Origin: Nemertoderma westbladi | Lineage: Eukaryota > Animalia > Xenacoelomorpha | DNA length: 40,654 bases | Reading direction: 5' to 3' | NCBI GenBank assembly: GCA_032718475.1 | Contig: JAUCBJ010008431.1 | Location: 1 to 40,654, forward strand | Shown here: positions 19,868-31,769 of the stretch, piece after piece | Layout: the number at the start of each line of letters is the position of its first letter | Position numbering within the stretch: the first letter of the stretch is position 1 | The notes under the pieces: generated by a model | Database searches by the model: none | What the model saw: the letters and a program-made list of their open reading frames with translations, nothing else | What the model was told of the DNA's origin: nothing | Program-made: the position numbers and the translations under genes

Positions 19868-22800
19868 ATGGCAAAGTTGTCTTCGGCCGTTAGGACAGGG
19901 AAAACATTACGCACCAAGTCTGACGACTTGTTTCCAGATAAGGGGGCGTTCATGAGAGTATCTGAGTATGAGAACCCTCCAGGAGAAATACCGGCTCGGT
20001 CGTCGCCCGGGTCAACAAGGACCGCGTCCCTCAGTGGTACACCAGGCTGGGGTCGATAAATTGGCTACTGGAACAGAAGACAGAGAAGAAAGAAGAACCA
20101 ACCTGTTGAAATGTAAAAAGACACTAAAGATTGCTACAATGAACGCACGCACGCTGAAAGCACAGAGAAAACAGGGTGACATGGTCGCTCTGGCAATGGA
20201 ATATAACATCGACATCATCTGCATCCAAGAACATCGGATTTGTCATGAAGACACTGCCATGAAGTACAATGACATTGGAAATGGATGGACGTTAGTAACA
20301 AGCTCAGCAGTAAGAAACTCGGCCAATGCATCAATTGGTGGAGTAGGAATTCTGCTAAGCCCATTTGCACTTAAGACCCTAAACAACATCGAATTTATAA
20401 ATTCCAGGGTTATGATCGCAACATTTGATGGGAATCCCAAGACAACAGTTATATGTTGCTACAGTCCAACCAATGCATCAGAGCCAGAACAAGCAGTCAA
20501 GTTTTATGAAGATCTGACTGGACTTATTAAGGACATCCCGAAACACAATGTTAAAGTCATTGCTGGTGACCTGAATGCGCAAATTGGCCCAGAAGACATC
20601 AAGGGTTACACCTATAACACCAGTTCTAACAGAAATGGGCACTTACTCTTAGACCTAATGGAAGAATGTGAATTGATACCAACAAACAACACATTCGAAA
20701 AGAGTAAGGGGAAGCTATGGAACTTTCAATACCCTAATGGAACCAAAGCACAACTGGATTACATCCTTATAAACAAAAAATGGAGAAATAGCATGATCAA
20801 CTGCGAGGCATACAGCTCGTTCAACCTAATTGGTTCGGACCACAGAATTGTGACTGCAGAGATCAGACTCAGTTTGAGAGCCAGCAAACCCAGGACAAGC
20901 AAGCAAATCAACTATGACTGGGAGAAACTCAGAACTGACAATGCTGTAAAGGATGCTTATACAGTAGAAGTTCAAAACCGCTTTGAAGCACTTCAGTCAA
21001 TGGATGAAGACCAATCCACCGATTCAATATACCAGAATATAATAACAGCCCACAAGGAATCAGCTAAGAGGCATATCCCCCAGAAACCTAAACGAAAACA
21101 GTATGTGCCATGGCAAAACTCTGAGGTTACTTGTAAGAGAGAAGATCTTAAGATAGCCTACAAAGTTAAAACCGAACAACCAACAACCGAAAACATTAAC
21201 AAGGTTGAGAAAGCTAAGGACGATCTTAAATTGGCCTACAACATCAGCCAGGAGAAGTACATACAGGATAAAACTGAAGCAATTACAACTGCTCACATAC
21301 AGCAACAATCAAGACTTACCTGGCAAACTGTAAATGAGGTATCTGGTCGGAAAAGTTGTGCAAAGGGGCGCCTCAAAGCCGATAGTCCTGAAGAACGTGT
21401 TGGGAAGTGGAAAAATCACTTCAGCAACTTGCTTGGGCAGCCACCAAACATCGAGGTCAGCCCTACCAGGAAAATATATGACAAGACACTACCTATAGAA
21501 ACAGGGGACTTCACACCTGCCGAACTCCAAAGAAGGATTAAAAGCATGTCCAATAATAAAGCGAGTGGATTAGATGAAATCCCAGCGGAGGTATGGAAAA
21601 TCGGAGTGCTAAATAGACCACTATTGAATGTTTGCAACCGGATGTTAAAAGGGGAAAAGCCACCACCAATTTGGACTAAAGGTCAACTAAAGCCTCTCCC
21701 CAAGAAAGGAGACCTCGGCATACCAACAAACTATCGTGGGATCTGTCTGCTTGTGGTAGCTGCCAAAATATACAATAAAATAATTCTATATAGGATTAGG
21801 CCTCACATAGAGAAACTACTGCGTAAGAGCCAAAACGGATTTCGACCAAGTAGATCAACAATAGCTCAGATACTTGCACTACGGAGACTGATTGAAGGAA
21901 TTAAGTCAAAGAATCTCCCCGCAGTCATGACTTTTGTGGACTTCAAGAAGGCATTCGACTCCATCCATAGAGGTAAAATGCTTGAAATCCTAAGAGCTTA
22001 TGGAATACCAGAAGTAATTGTTGCTGGCATTGGATTGCTATATTGTGACACAGAAGCGCAGGTACTCTCACCAGATAGTGAAACTGAGTTTTTCTCAATC
22101 CTGGCTGGCGTACTGCAAGGTGACACATTAGCACCATTACTATTTGTAATTGTGCTGGATTACGCAATGAGGACGGCCACAAATGGTGAAGATCTGGGAT
22201 TCACACTTCAAGAACGCAGAAGTAGTAGATATCCGGCAACTACAGTCACAGACACCGACTTTGCGGATGACATCGCCCTGCTCTCTAATACGCTAGCAGA
22301 TGCACAGCTTCTACTAAATAAAGTGGAGAGGGCTGCAAATGAAGTTGGATTGCATATAAATTCTACCAAAACCGAATTCATGACCTTTAATGTTGATGGA
22401 AACTTGACAACCATTGATAATAATCAACTAAGGCAGGTCGATGACTTCCAGTACCTTGGATCATGGATAGAGAGTAGCAAAAAGGACATAGAAGTTAGGA
22501 AAGCAAAGGCTTGGGTAGCTCTATCAAAAATGGATACCATCTGGAAATCAGATCTCCCCAGGCACCTGAAGACCAAGTTCTTTCGAGCCACAGTGGAAAG
22601 TGTATTTTTATACGGGGGTGAGACCTGGACACTGACTAAATCACTTGAACAACGAATTGATGGTTGCTACACAAGACTACTAAGGGCAGCCCTAAACATC
22701 AGCTGGAGACAACACATGACAAACGCCGAGCTTTATGGTACAATACCACATGTATCAACCACCCTCCGTGAACGCAGATTAAGATTCAGTGGGCACTGCT

Positions 22801-23012
22801 GGCGAAGTAAAGACGAGGTCATACCAGATCTACTTCTCTGGCTACCAACTCCTGGAAAGCGTAGTCGTGGACGACCTGCCATAACATATATAGATCAACT
22901 TGAAAGGGATACTGAACTTGGGAGAAACGAAATTGCGACAACTATGGAGAATCGGGAAGCCTGGAAATATCTCATTTCCACTGTCCGAGTTCGCTCGACC
23001 TAGTAGTAGTAG
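19868..23012 (+). mobile_element. Apparently full-length RTE-clade LINE with (TAG)4 tail
   Basis: Abrupt shift from AT-rich DNA at about 19868; single APE-RT ORF; stop codon is the first unit of tagtagtagtag; no clear TSD (at most taa). Confidence 0.9.
19968..23003 (+). CDS. RTE-type AP endonuclease-reverse transcriptase, 1011 aa, intact
   Basis: APE: IATMNART, ICIQEHR, GDLNA, LDYILIN, SDH. RT: PKKGD, YRGI, QNGFR, FVDFKKAFDS, GVLQGDTLAP, FADD, YLGS. RTE C-terminus RLRFSGH, RGRP, REAW. Confidence 0.95.
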   Translation: MRTLQEKYRLGRRPGQQGPRPSVVHQAGVDKLATGTEDREERRTNLLKCKKTLKIATMNARTLKAQRKQGDMVALAMEYNIDIICIQEHRICHEDTAMKYNDIGNGWTLVTSSAVRNSANASIGGVGILLSPFALKTLNNIEFINSRVMIATFDGNPKTTVICCYSPTNASEPEQAVKFYEDLTGLIKDIPKHNVKVIAGDLNAQIGPEDIKGYTYNTSSNRNGHLLLDLMEECELIPTNNTFEKSKGKLWNFQYPNGTKAQLDYILINKKWRNSMINCEAYSSFNLIGSDHRIVTAEIRLSLRASKPRTSKQINYDWEKLRTDNAVKDAYTVEVQNRFEALQSMDEDQSTDSIYQNIITAHKESAKRHIPQKPKRKQYVPWQNSEVTCKREDLKIAYKVKTEQPTTENINKVEKAKDDLKLAYNISQEKYIQDKTEAITTAHIQQQSRLTWQTVNEVSGRKSCAKGRLKADSPEERVGKWKNHFSNLLGQPPNIEVSPTRKIYDKTLPIETGDFTPAELQRRIKSMSNNKASGLDEIPAEVWKIGVLNRPLLNVCNRMLKGEKPPPIWTKGQLKPLPKKGDLGIPTNYRGICLLVVAAKIYNKIILYRIRPHIEKLLRKSQNGFRPSRSTIAQILALRRLIEGIKSKNLPAVMTFVDFKKAFDSIHRGKMLEILRAYGIPEVIVAGIGLLYCDTEAQVLSPDSETEFFSILAGVLQGDTLAPLLFVIVLDYAMRTATNGEDLGFTLQERRSSRYPATTVTDTDFADDIALLSNTLADAQLLLNKVERAANEVGLHINSTKTEFMTFNVDGNLTTIDNNQLRQVDDFQYLGSWIESSKKDIEVRKAKAWVALSKMDTIWKSDLPRHLKTKFFRATVESVFLYGGETWTLTKSLEQRIDGCYTRLLRAALNISWRQHMTNAELYGTIPHVSTTLRERRLRFSGHCWRSKDEVIPDLLLWLPTPGKRSRGRPAITYIDQLERDTELGRNEIATTMENREAWKYLISTVRVRST

Positions 23013-23015
23013 TAA

Positions 23016-23406
23016 GGGGGTGTTCATAAAGTATGTCACTCACTAGGGGAGGGGCGGGGGGGGGGGGGGGGGGGGTAGAAACTCAATAACATTGAATTTA
23101 ATCCCTAACATTAACAGGACACCCCTGTCTAGTCTCCCTTGTACATGTACAGTATTGTAGTTTGAAGCTGCTAAAGTATGTATGTATAGGCTTTTAGTAA
23201 GAACTACTTCAGTCAAAATGTTTCACTTTCTATTGTGCTTTCTAACTGTTATTAAATTACTGAAATAAAATATTTTTCGTCTAGGGCCCCCCCCCCCTAG
23301 ACGAAAAATATAATAATAAATTTACGAAAATAGGTTTTTTGTGACAGAATGGGGGGGGGGGTCAAAAAAATGGAAAATTTGCGTTACATACTTTATGAAC
23401 GCCACC
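23016..23406. mobile_element. PIF/Harbinger (Tourist-like) MITE, 391 bp, TSD TAA
   Basis: Left end gggggtgttcataaagtatgtcac; right end reverse complement ggtggcgttcataaagtatgtaac; taa at 23013-23015 and 23407-23409; subterminal G-runs. Confidence 0.8.
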
Positions 23407-23450
23407 TAATTCCACCATATTTTTCTTCACCAGAGGATACTCCAGTACCC

Positions 23451-23560
23451 ATTAAAGGACGCCCTTGAGAAATGCGCCCTAGCTCGTCCCTTTAAAGCGT
23501 TCGTCCTGAAACGAAAACTCTCCCGACCCCTTTGCGGGGATCGAACCCATGACCTCTGGA
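23451..23560 (-). mobile_element. tRNA-derived SINE fragment
   Basis: Minus strand gaggtcatgggttcgatcccc contains a Pol III B-box (GGTTCGATCCC); no A-box or cloverleaf retained. Confidence 0.5.
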
Positions 23561-24287
23561 GAGATGTTAATTATAGGCATACGGATTAACACTACACAAA
23601 CTAAAAGGGCGGGAAGAACATAAAAAATGTTAGATTTTTGCTTGATCAAATGTGGCGTCGAATGCTGGACATTGACATTGACATATAGATTATCTATCAT
23701 TACTAATATCAATATTAATCATAACAACACATTTTGATGCTAACAAATACAATAGTATTTGTAATTTCTCTGAATGCTATTTTTAATGCAACCACGGCGA
23801 CAATAAACCGAGATGATCATAGATTCAAGCTGAGTTTCAGCAGAGTAAGTGCAATGTAAAATACCGCAAGTATTTAAATTTATGCAAAAAAACCGTAAGT
23901 CAACAAGACTTGCGGTTTTTTGTCATCAGAATTTAATGAGGATTTCACATCTGGAAATGGCTTGGCGAGATCTGTTGTATGCATTTTCAATAATTACCAG
24001 AAGTAGCTCCGATGAGAGAAAGCTTGTAATTAAACTATTGTTCTTAATTCCATTAGTCACCTGAGGTCAACCCACCCTAACCTAACTGTTTAATATGAGA
24101 ATGCCTTCTTAGGTTGTTTCGAGTTATCACTGTCTACCGGTCTGACCGTCAAGATGTAAATTTAGACAGAGCCAGATAAGATATTAGCAATTGTCTGGAA
24201 TATGTGATTATTTGACGTTAATTAACGTTAAGGTAATTAAGCGTTAATTATTATAATTATGTTTTTATCACTGTCAGTTGTTTGTAA

Positions 24288-24510
24288 TTTTTTAGCGTTA
24301 AACATACAATATATTTTGACAATCCAAACTGATTGTCAGTAATATGTCATTTTTTAACGTTAAACATGCAATATATTTTGACGATCCAAACTGATTGTCA
24401 GTAATATGTCATTTTTTAACGTTAATCATACAATATATTTTGACAATCCAAACTGATTGTCAGTAATATGTCATTTTTTAACGTTAAACATGCAATATAT
24501 TTTGACGATC
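24288..24510. repeat. 62-bp subterminal tandem repeat, about 3.6 copies
   Basis: ttttttaacgttaaacatgcaatatattttgacgatccaaactgattgtcagtaatatgtca repeated with period 62 (24301, 24363, 24425, 24487). Confidence 0.9.
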
Positions 24511-24677
24511 AAAATACCTACCGTTTAAAATTAACGTTAATTTGCGTTAATTTTTAACGTTAAAAGGGCGGCCAAACTAACGTTATTTATATGTATTATT
24601 AACGTTAATAATTAACGTTGGCATTGTCAGAAAATAACGTATATTAATGCATTATTAACGTTAAATTGTTTGCAGGG

Positions 24678-27600
24678 AAATAAATTCCCCATTTGGTCAG
24701 TTTATATCACAAAATAATTTTCTTCCATCACAAATAAATTCCCCATTTGGTCAGTTTATATCACAAAATAATTTTCTTCCATCACAAATAAATTCCCCAT
24801 TTGGTCAGTTTATATCACAAAATAATTTTCTTCCATCACAAATATATTCCCCATTTGGTCAGTTTATATCACAAAATAATTTTCTTCCATCACAAATAAA
24901 TTCCCCATCTGTCAGTTTATATCACAAAATAATTTTCTTCTATTGCAAATAAATTCCCCATTTGCTCAGTTTATATCACAAAATAATTTTCTTCCATCAC
25001 AAATAAATTCCCCATTTGGTCAGTTTATATCACAAAATAATTTTCTTCCATCACAAATAAATTCCCCATTTGGTCAGTTTATATCACAAAATAATTTTCT
25101 TCCATCACAAATAAATTCAGCATTTGGTCAGTTTATATCACAAAATAATTTTCTTCCATCACAAATAAATTCCCCATTGGTCAGTTTATATCACAAAATA
25201 ATTTTCTTCCATCACAAATAAATTCCCCATTTGGTCAGTTTATATCACAAAATAATTTTCTTCCATCACAAATAAATTCAGCATTTGGTCAGTTTATATC
25301 ACAAAATAATTTTCTTCCATCACAAATAAATTCCCCATTTGGTCAGTTTATATCACAAAATAATTTTCTTCCATTACAAATAAATTCCCCATTTGGTCAG
25401 TTTATATCACAAAATAATTTTCTTCCATCACAAATAAATTCAGCATTTGGTCAGTTTATATCACAAAATAATTTTCTTCCATCACAAATAAATTCCCCAT
25501 TGGTCAGTTTATATCACAAAATAATTTTCTTCCATCACAAATAAATTCCCCATTTGGTCAGTTTATATCACAAAATAATTTTCTTCCATCACAAATAAAT
25601 TCAGCATTTGGTCAGTTTATATCACAAAATAATTTTCTTCCATCACAAATAAATTCAGCATTTGGTCAGTTTATATCACAAAATAATTTTCTTCCATCAC
25701 AAATAAATTCCCCATTGGTCAGTTTATATCACAAAATAATTTTCTTCCATCACAAATAAATTCCCCATTTGGTCAGTTTATATCACAAAATAATTTTCTT
25801 CCATCACAAATAAATTCCCCATTTGCTCAGTTATATCACAAAATAATTTTCTTCCATCACAAATAAATTCCCCATTTGGTCAGTTTATACAATATCACAA
25901 AATAATTTTCTTCCATCACAAATAAATTCACCATTTCGTCAGTTTATACACCCCTATCACAAAATAATTTTCTTCCATCACAAATAAATTCCCCATTTGG
26001 TCAGTTTATATCACAAAATAATTTTCTTCCATCACAAATAAATTCCCCATTTGGTCAGTTTATATCACAAAATAATTTTCTTCCATCACAAATAAATTCC
26101 CCATTTGGTCAGTTTATATCACAAAATAATTTTCTTCCATCACAAATAAATTCCCCATTTGCTCAGTTATATCACAAAATAATTTTCTTCCATCACAAAT
26201 AAATTCCCCATTTGGTCAGTTTATACAATATCACAAAATAATTTTCTTCCATCACAAATAAATTCACCATTTGGTCAGTTTATACACCCCTATCACAAAA
26301 TAATTTTCTTCCATCACAAATAAATTCCCCATTTGGTCAGTTTATATCACAAAATAATTTTCTTCCATCACAAATAAATTCACCATTTGGTCAGTTTAAA
26401 TCACAAAATAATTTTCTTCCATCACAAATAAATTCCCCATTTGGTCAGTTTATATCACAAAATAATTTTCTTCCATCACAAATAAATTCCCCATTTGGTC
26501 AGTATACATCACAAAATAATTTTCTTCTATTGCAAATAAATTCCCCATTTGCTCAGTTATATCGCAAAATAATTTTCTTCCATCACAAATAAATTCCCCA
26601 TTTGGTCAGTTTATATCACAAAATAATTTTCTTCCATCGCAAATAAATTCCCCATTTGGTCAGTTTATATCACAAAATAATTTTCTTCCATCACAAATAA
26701 TTTCCCCATCTGTCAGTTTATATCACAAAATAATTTTCTTCTATTGCAAATAAATTCCCCATTTGCTCAGTTATATCACAAAATAATTTTCTTCCATCAC
26801 AAATAAATTCCCAATTTGGTCAGTTTATATCACAAAATAATTTTCTTCCATCACAAATAAATTCCCCATTTGGTCAGTTTATATCACAAAATAATTTTCT
26901 TCCATCACAAATAAATTCCCCATTTGGTCAGTTTATATCACAAAATAATTTTCTTCCATCACAAATAAATTCCCCATTTGGTCAGTTTATATCACAAAAT
27001 AATTTTCTTCCATCACAAATAAATTCCCCATTTGGTCAGTTTATATCACAAAATAATTTTCTTCCATCACAAATAAATTCCCCATTTGGTCAGTTTATAT
27101 CACAAAATAATTTTCTTCCATCACAAATATATTCCCCATTTGGTCAGTTTATATCACAAAATAATTTTCTTCCATCACAAATAAATTCCCCATTTGGTCA
27201 GTTTATATCACAAAATAATTTTCTTCTATTGCAAATAAATTCCCCATTTGGTCAGTTTATATCACAAAATAATTTTCTTCCATCACAAATAAATTCCCCA
27301 TTTGGTCAGTTTATATCACAAAATAATTTTCTTCCATCACAAATAAATTCCCCATCTGTCAGTTTATATCACAAAATAATTTTCTTCTATTGCAAATAAA
27401 TTCCCCATTTGCTCAGTTTATATCACAAAATAATTTTCTTCCATCACAAATAAATTCCCCATTTGGTCAGTTTATATCACAAAATAATTTTCTTCCATCA
27501 CAAATAAATTCCCCATTTGGTCAGTTTATATCACAAAATAATTTTCTTCCATCACAAATAAATTCAGCATTTGGTCAGTTTATATCACAAAATAATTTTC

Positions 27601-28766
27601 TTCCATCACAAATAAATTCCCCATTGGTCAGTTTATATCACAAAATAATTTTCTTCCATCACAAATAAATTCCCCATTTGGTCAGTTTATATCACAAAAT
27701 AATTTTCTTCCATCACAAATAAATTCAGCATTTGGTCAGTTTATATCACAAAATAATTTTCTTCCATCACAAATAAATTCAGCATTTGGTCAGTTTATAT
27801 CACAAAATAATTTTCTTCCATCACAAATAAATTCCCCATTGGTCAGTTTATATCACAAAATAATTTTCTTCCATCACAAATAAATTCCCCATTTTGTCAG
27901 TTTATATCACAAATTAATTTTCTTCCATCACAAATAAATTCCCCATTTGCTCAGTTATATCACAAAATAATTTTCTTCCATCACAAATAAATTCCCCATT
28001 TGGTCAGTTTATATCACAAAATAATTTTCTTCTATTGCAAATAAATTCCCCATTTGCTCAGTTATATCACAAAATAATTTTCTTCCATCACAAATAAATT
28101 CCCCATTTGGTCAGTTTATATCACAAAATAATTTTCTTCCATCACAAATAAATTCCCCATTTGGTCAGTTTATATCACAAAATAATTTTCTTCCATAACA
28201 AATAAATTTCCCATTTGGTCAGTTTATATCACAAAATAATTTTCTTCTATTGCAAATAAATTCCCCATTTGCTCAGTTATATCACAAAATAATTTTCTTC
28301 TATTGCAAATAAATTCCCCATTTGCTCAGTTATATCACAAAATAATTTTCTTCTATTGCAAATAAATTCCCCATTTGCTCAGTTATATCACAAAATAATT
28401 TTCTTCTATTGCAAATAAATTCCCCATTTGCTTAGTTATATCACAAAACAAATTTTCTTCTATTGCAAATAAATTTCCCATTTGGTCAGTTTATATCACA
28501 AAATAATTTTCTTCTACTGTATTGCAAATAAATTCCCCATTTGCTCAGTTATATCACAAAATAATTTTCTTCTATTGCAAATAAATTCCCCATTTGCTTA
28601 GTTATATCACAAAACAAATTTTCTTCTATTGCAAATAAATTTCCCATTTGGTCAGTTTATATCACAAAATAATTTTCTTCTACTGTATTGCAAATAAATT
28701 CCCCATTTGCTCAGTTATATCACAAAATAATTTTCTTCTATTGCAAATAAATTTCCCATTTGGTCA
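24678..28766. repeat. 54-bp satellite array, block 3
   Basis: Same unit; last about 550 bp enriched in ttctattgc and ttgctcagtta variants. Confidence 0.98.
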
Positions 28767-28784
28767 ATGCACACATCTCCAATG

Positions 28785-28915
28785 AGACGCTATATAACAT
28801 TGGAGGTGTCTCATTGGTTCGCCCAAGCTTGACACTAGAACAAAATCGCCTCCGCTTTGCAGGCAATTTTGTCGAAAAGCCGGCACAGCATTCTTAAAAA
28901 TGCAGCTGCAATGCA
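28785..28915. repeat. Unclassified dispersed repeat; internally deleted, inverted copy of 37775-38050
   Basis: tgtctcattggttcgcccaagcttgacactagaacaaaatcgcctccgctttgcagg matches the reverse complement of about 37971-38030; agccggcacagcattcttaa matches the reverse complement of about 37790-37810. Confidence 0.75.
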
Positions 28916-29789
28916 GCATGCCGATTATAATAAAAATAAAAAAAACTACTAGAGAACTTAACTCTTCGACAACCATCGACTCACCGGGGCTAGAAACAAT
29001 CGAATAAGGGGTAACAGTGCCCTGAATCGAGTGGCGGGTTTAAGTAATGGCGGGTTTAAAGTAAGCCTGGGAAGCCAATTTTGAAAATTGGCTGTGATTG
29101 GCTGCTACATATTTGACGTCACTATGCAGTACTCAGATAATTTAATTTCTAATATTGGTTTCTCTGGGTTATTTGTTGGTTTTTATGTGATTTTAGATCC
29201 ATTGAAATACACATTTAATCACAATCAATTTACACGTGGCTTATATCAATTGAAAGCCGAGAGTCTTGCGCGTCTTTTAACACTACAATTACTTATTCAT
29301 GATCATGAACATTGATAAAGTACTGCTTGCAATTTTGCAAACTTGGTAGATTGCCTGACCTGTATGCAAGCACTCACCAACTTAGCCCTAGCCACCTATT
29401 GCATTGCAGTTTATCGGAGTAGGCCTATTGCTGTATTGTTGCTAAAGTTCATTAAGGGGGGGGGGGGGGGGGGGGGGTAGCACCCCCAAATTGAACCTCA
29501 CATTTTTGTGTCTCTGGACCATAAAATTGTGTGAAACTTATTTTTTGTGCTACTAAACATCGTCTGGACTGCGTGAGAATAACCAAACCAAATAGTTTTA
29601 AAACTGACCACAAAATGGCTTCGTAATGACCAAAAGTGCCTTTTTGCGCCAAGAGCTATATCTCCAACAATATTTGTTGAAATTTGTCGAAATTTGGAAT
29701 ATAGGTTCAGAAAAACCCTGCATCCAATTCTCCTGAACAAATTTTGCCTCAAATGCTTGCCTGTTTTAGAACAAAAAGGCCAACCAAAT

Positions 29790-31011
29790 TTGTTCAGAAG
29801 AAATATGGAGAAGAGTAATCTTAATGAGTTTGTTGTTGGTCATCATTTAGTAGCAGTGGACACCCTGGATAAATTTACTGGACCTACCACAACTTTTGTC
29901 AGTGCCCATGAATCCTACATTGATCATATAGTAACATCTGAAATGGGTCTTTCAATATTGGAAAAATGCGGTGTCTTAACACAACACAATGATGGTACTA
30001 TGAATCTATCTGACCACCGACCCCTAGTCGCGACTTTTCATATTCCCCCATCAGCGCACATATATGACAACTGTAAGCAGGAACAATGCTCAACGAAACT
30101 CACCATATGCAAATGGGACCGAGCCACATCACTTCAAATTTCTAGGTACCGATCTCTAGTTTCTGATAAAATCATGAATATACTCAATCCAGACCAAAGT
30201 GATCTCCCATGGGATAATGCTAAACTTAATTTCATTTCAAAGGAACTATAGGATAACCCCTTTACATCAGCTTTAAAATTCATTCCATTACATAAGCCCA
30301 CAAAACAAATGGAAAATAACAGAATCAGAAATGACAGGCTCTTGGTAGGCTCAAGAATAACAAAGAAGCTATACAAATTCTGGATATCTAGTGGGAAAGA
30401 TAACAACAGCAACCTGGGGAAAGCTTTTAAATCTTCAAAACGGAGCCTGCGACAACTCAAAAACTTCCTTGCTGGCAACAAAGTCATGGGTGAGGTTCAA
30501 AAGTCTTAGGGTCCCTAAAGAACTGTACTAACAATTTCTGGCAAGAATAAACCCATGGTCGTCCAGAACCCCAGCTCATGAGGCACAGTCTGCAATCCGA
30601 AAAGACTATGCAGGAAAAAGTGAGAATAATCTGCAGGATAAACAACTAGAAGAGCAAGTTTTGGAAACATTGACGCTGCATGTAACCTTACCAGCCCACC
30701 GTCCTTCTCAGTAGCCACTGTTAGACGAATAATATTGTCTATATCCAAAGGTAAAGCTCCGGATTACAACTCAATGGCTATCGAACATATCATATTTTCT
30801 GATACTGATATCATCTGCGGCTATTAACAAAGATTTTCAACTCATGATTATGACTAGATAGTCCCAGAGTTCTATGGCTGCACATTAATCACTCATATGT
30901 ATAAGGGTAAACGACACAACCCACCACACGCAAATTCATACAGACCCATTGCCTCAATCAGCATCTTCACCACGATTTTCGAAGGAGTGATTCTCTCAGA
31001 GAATCTTGCTT
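29790..31011 (+). pseudogene. Decayed LINE ORF2, 5' part (APE C-terminus, linker, RT start)
   Basis: TF...SYIDHIV and LSDHRPLVATF (APE); KGKAPD..AIEHI and MYKGK...SYRPIASIS (RT N-terminus); several stops. Confidence 0.8.
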
Positions 31012-31527
31012 CTTGCTTTTTATACTTCAGTGTATTTACGAACTCTTATAAATGCTTTATTAACAAATGCCCTTACTTGCGGGTACCGATAAGCTGGCTC
31101 TATACTATTATAAATATTATAGTGATATGATAACTGATTAATGATAAAATAAATAACTCTTAAAACTCAGTATCTTATAGTATACTATGTATTTTAACTT
31201 TTGGTATATTTATAGTGTATTTTATAAGTATTTTAACTAAGTATTTTATATTTCGGGTGTATTTAACAGGCTCTTTTAATAACTTCTTCAACGAATGGCC
31301 TTAATGAACAGCCGTATACTGTATAGTACTGTATGTAAGAACCTTATTCAGAACCTTATTCTATTTTATCTCCATTAACATATTTATATTTTAATGTACG
31401 TCCTTTTACTGTGTATTTTCCCTACACATTTCGGGTAATAATTTCGTTAATATTTTGATTGTTGCTGGGAATTGATAATTAAATTCGTACAGTAAGTACG
31501 AATTTAAATCGTTCATAATTAATCTAT

Positions 31528-31745
31528 TGTGGCAGTATAATCGTACTGCTAATGTCTCATCATAAAGTATACCGGATATGCAAAGGTATGCAATAAAAAT
31601 GTATAATATGAAGGCAGTAGTTAGCCTACACCAGTACTGCAGTAAGGAAGTTAATGCAGTGAATAGTCAAGTGAAAACTCTCTAACACTTGTCCGAGTAT
31701 ATGGCAAACTCAGTAGGTCCTGAGTATGTAAGTGGCACCGCCACA
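31528..31745 (-). repeat. 3' LTR of Gypsy element (218 bp)
   Basis: tgtggc...gccaca ends; adjacent G-run PPT on the minus strand at about 31749-31755. Confidence 0.97.
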
Positions 31746-31769
31746 TGACCCCCCCAGACTCGGAAAGAG

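Larger units (their letters stand above)
18485..24677. mobile_element. Non-autonomous CACTA/EnSpm-like DNA transposon, 6193 bp including cargo
   Basis: Ends ccctgcaaac / gtttgcaggg; 2-bp TSD aa (satellite cacaa|...|aaataaa); dense subterminal aacgtt motifs at both ends; no transposase ORF. Confidence 0.8.

Noticed and set aside
14659-27668. Repeat-protein gene (QINSPFGQFISQNNFLPS)n
   Set aside because: ORFs start at TTG, frequent 53-bp and +5/+7-type units break the frame, no splice context, and transposons interrupt the array.
13814-28766. CRISPR-like array
   Set aside because: Units are contiguous with no unique spacers, there are no cas genes, and the context is eukaryotic.
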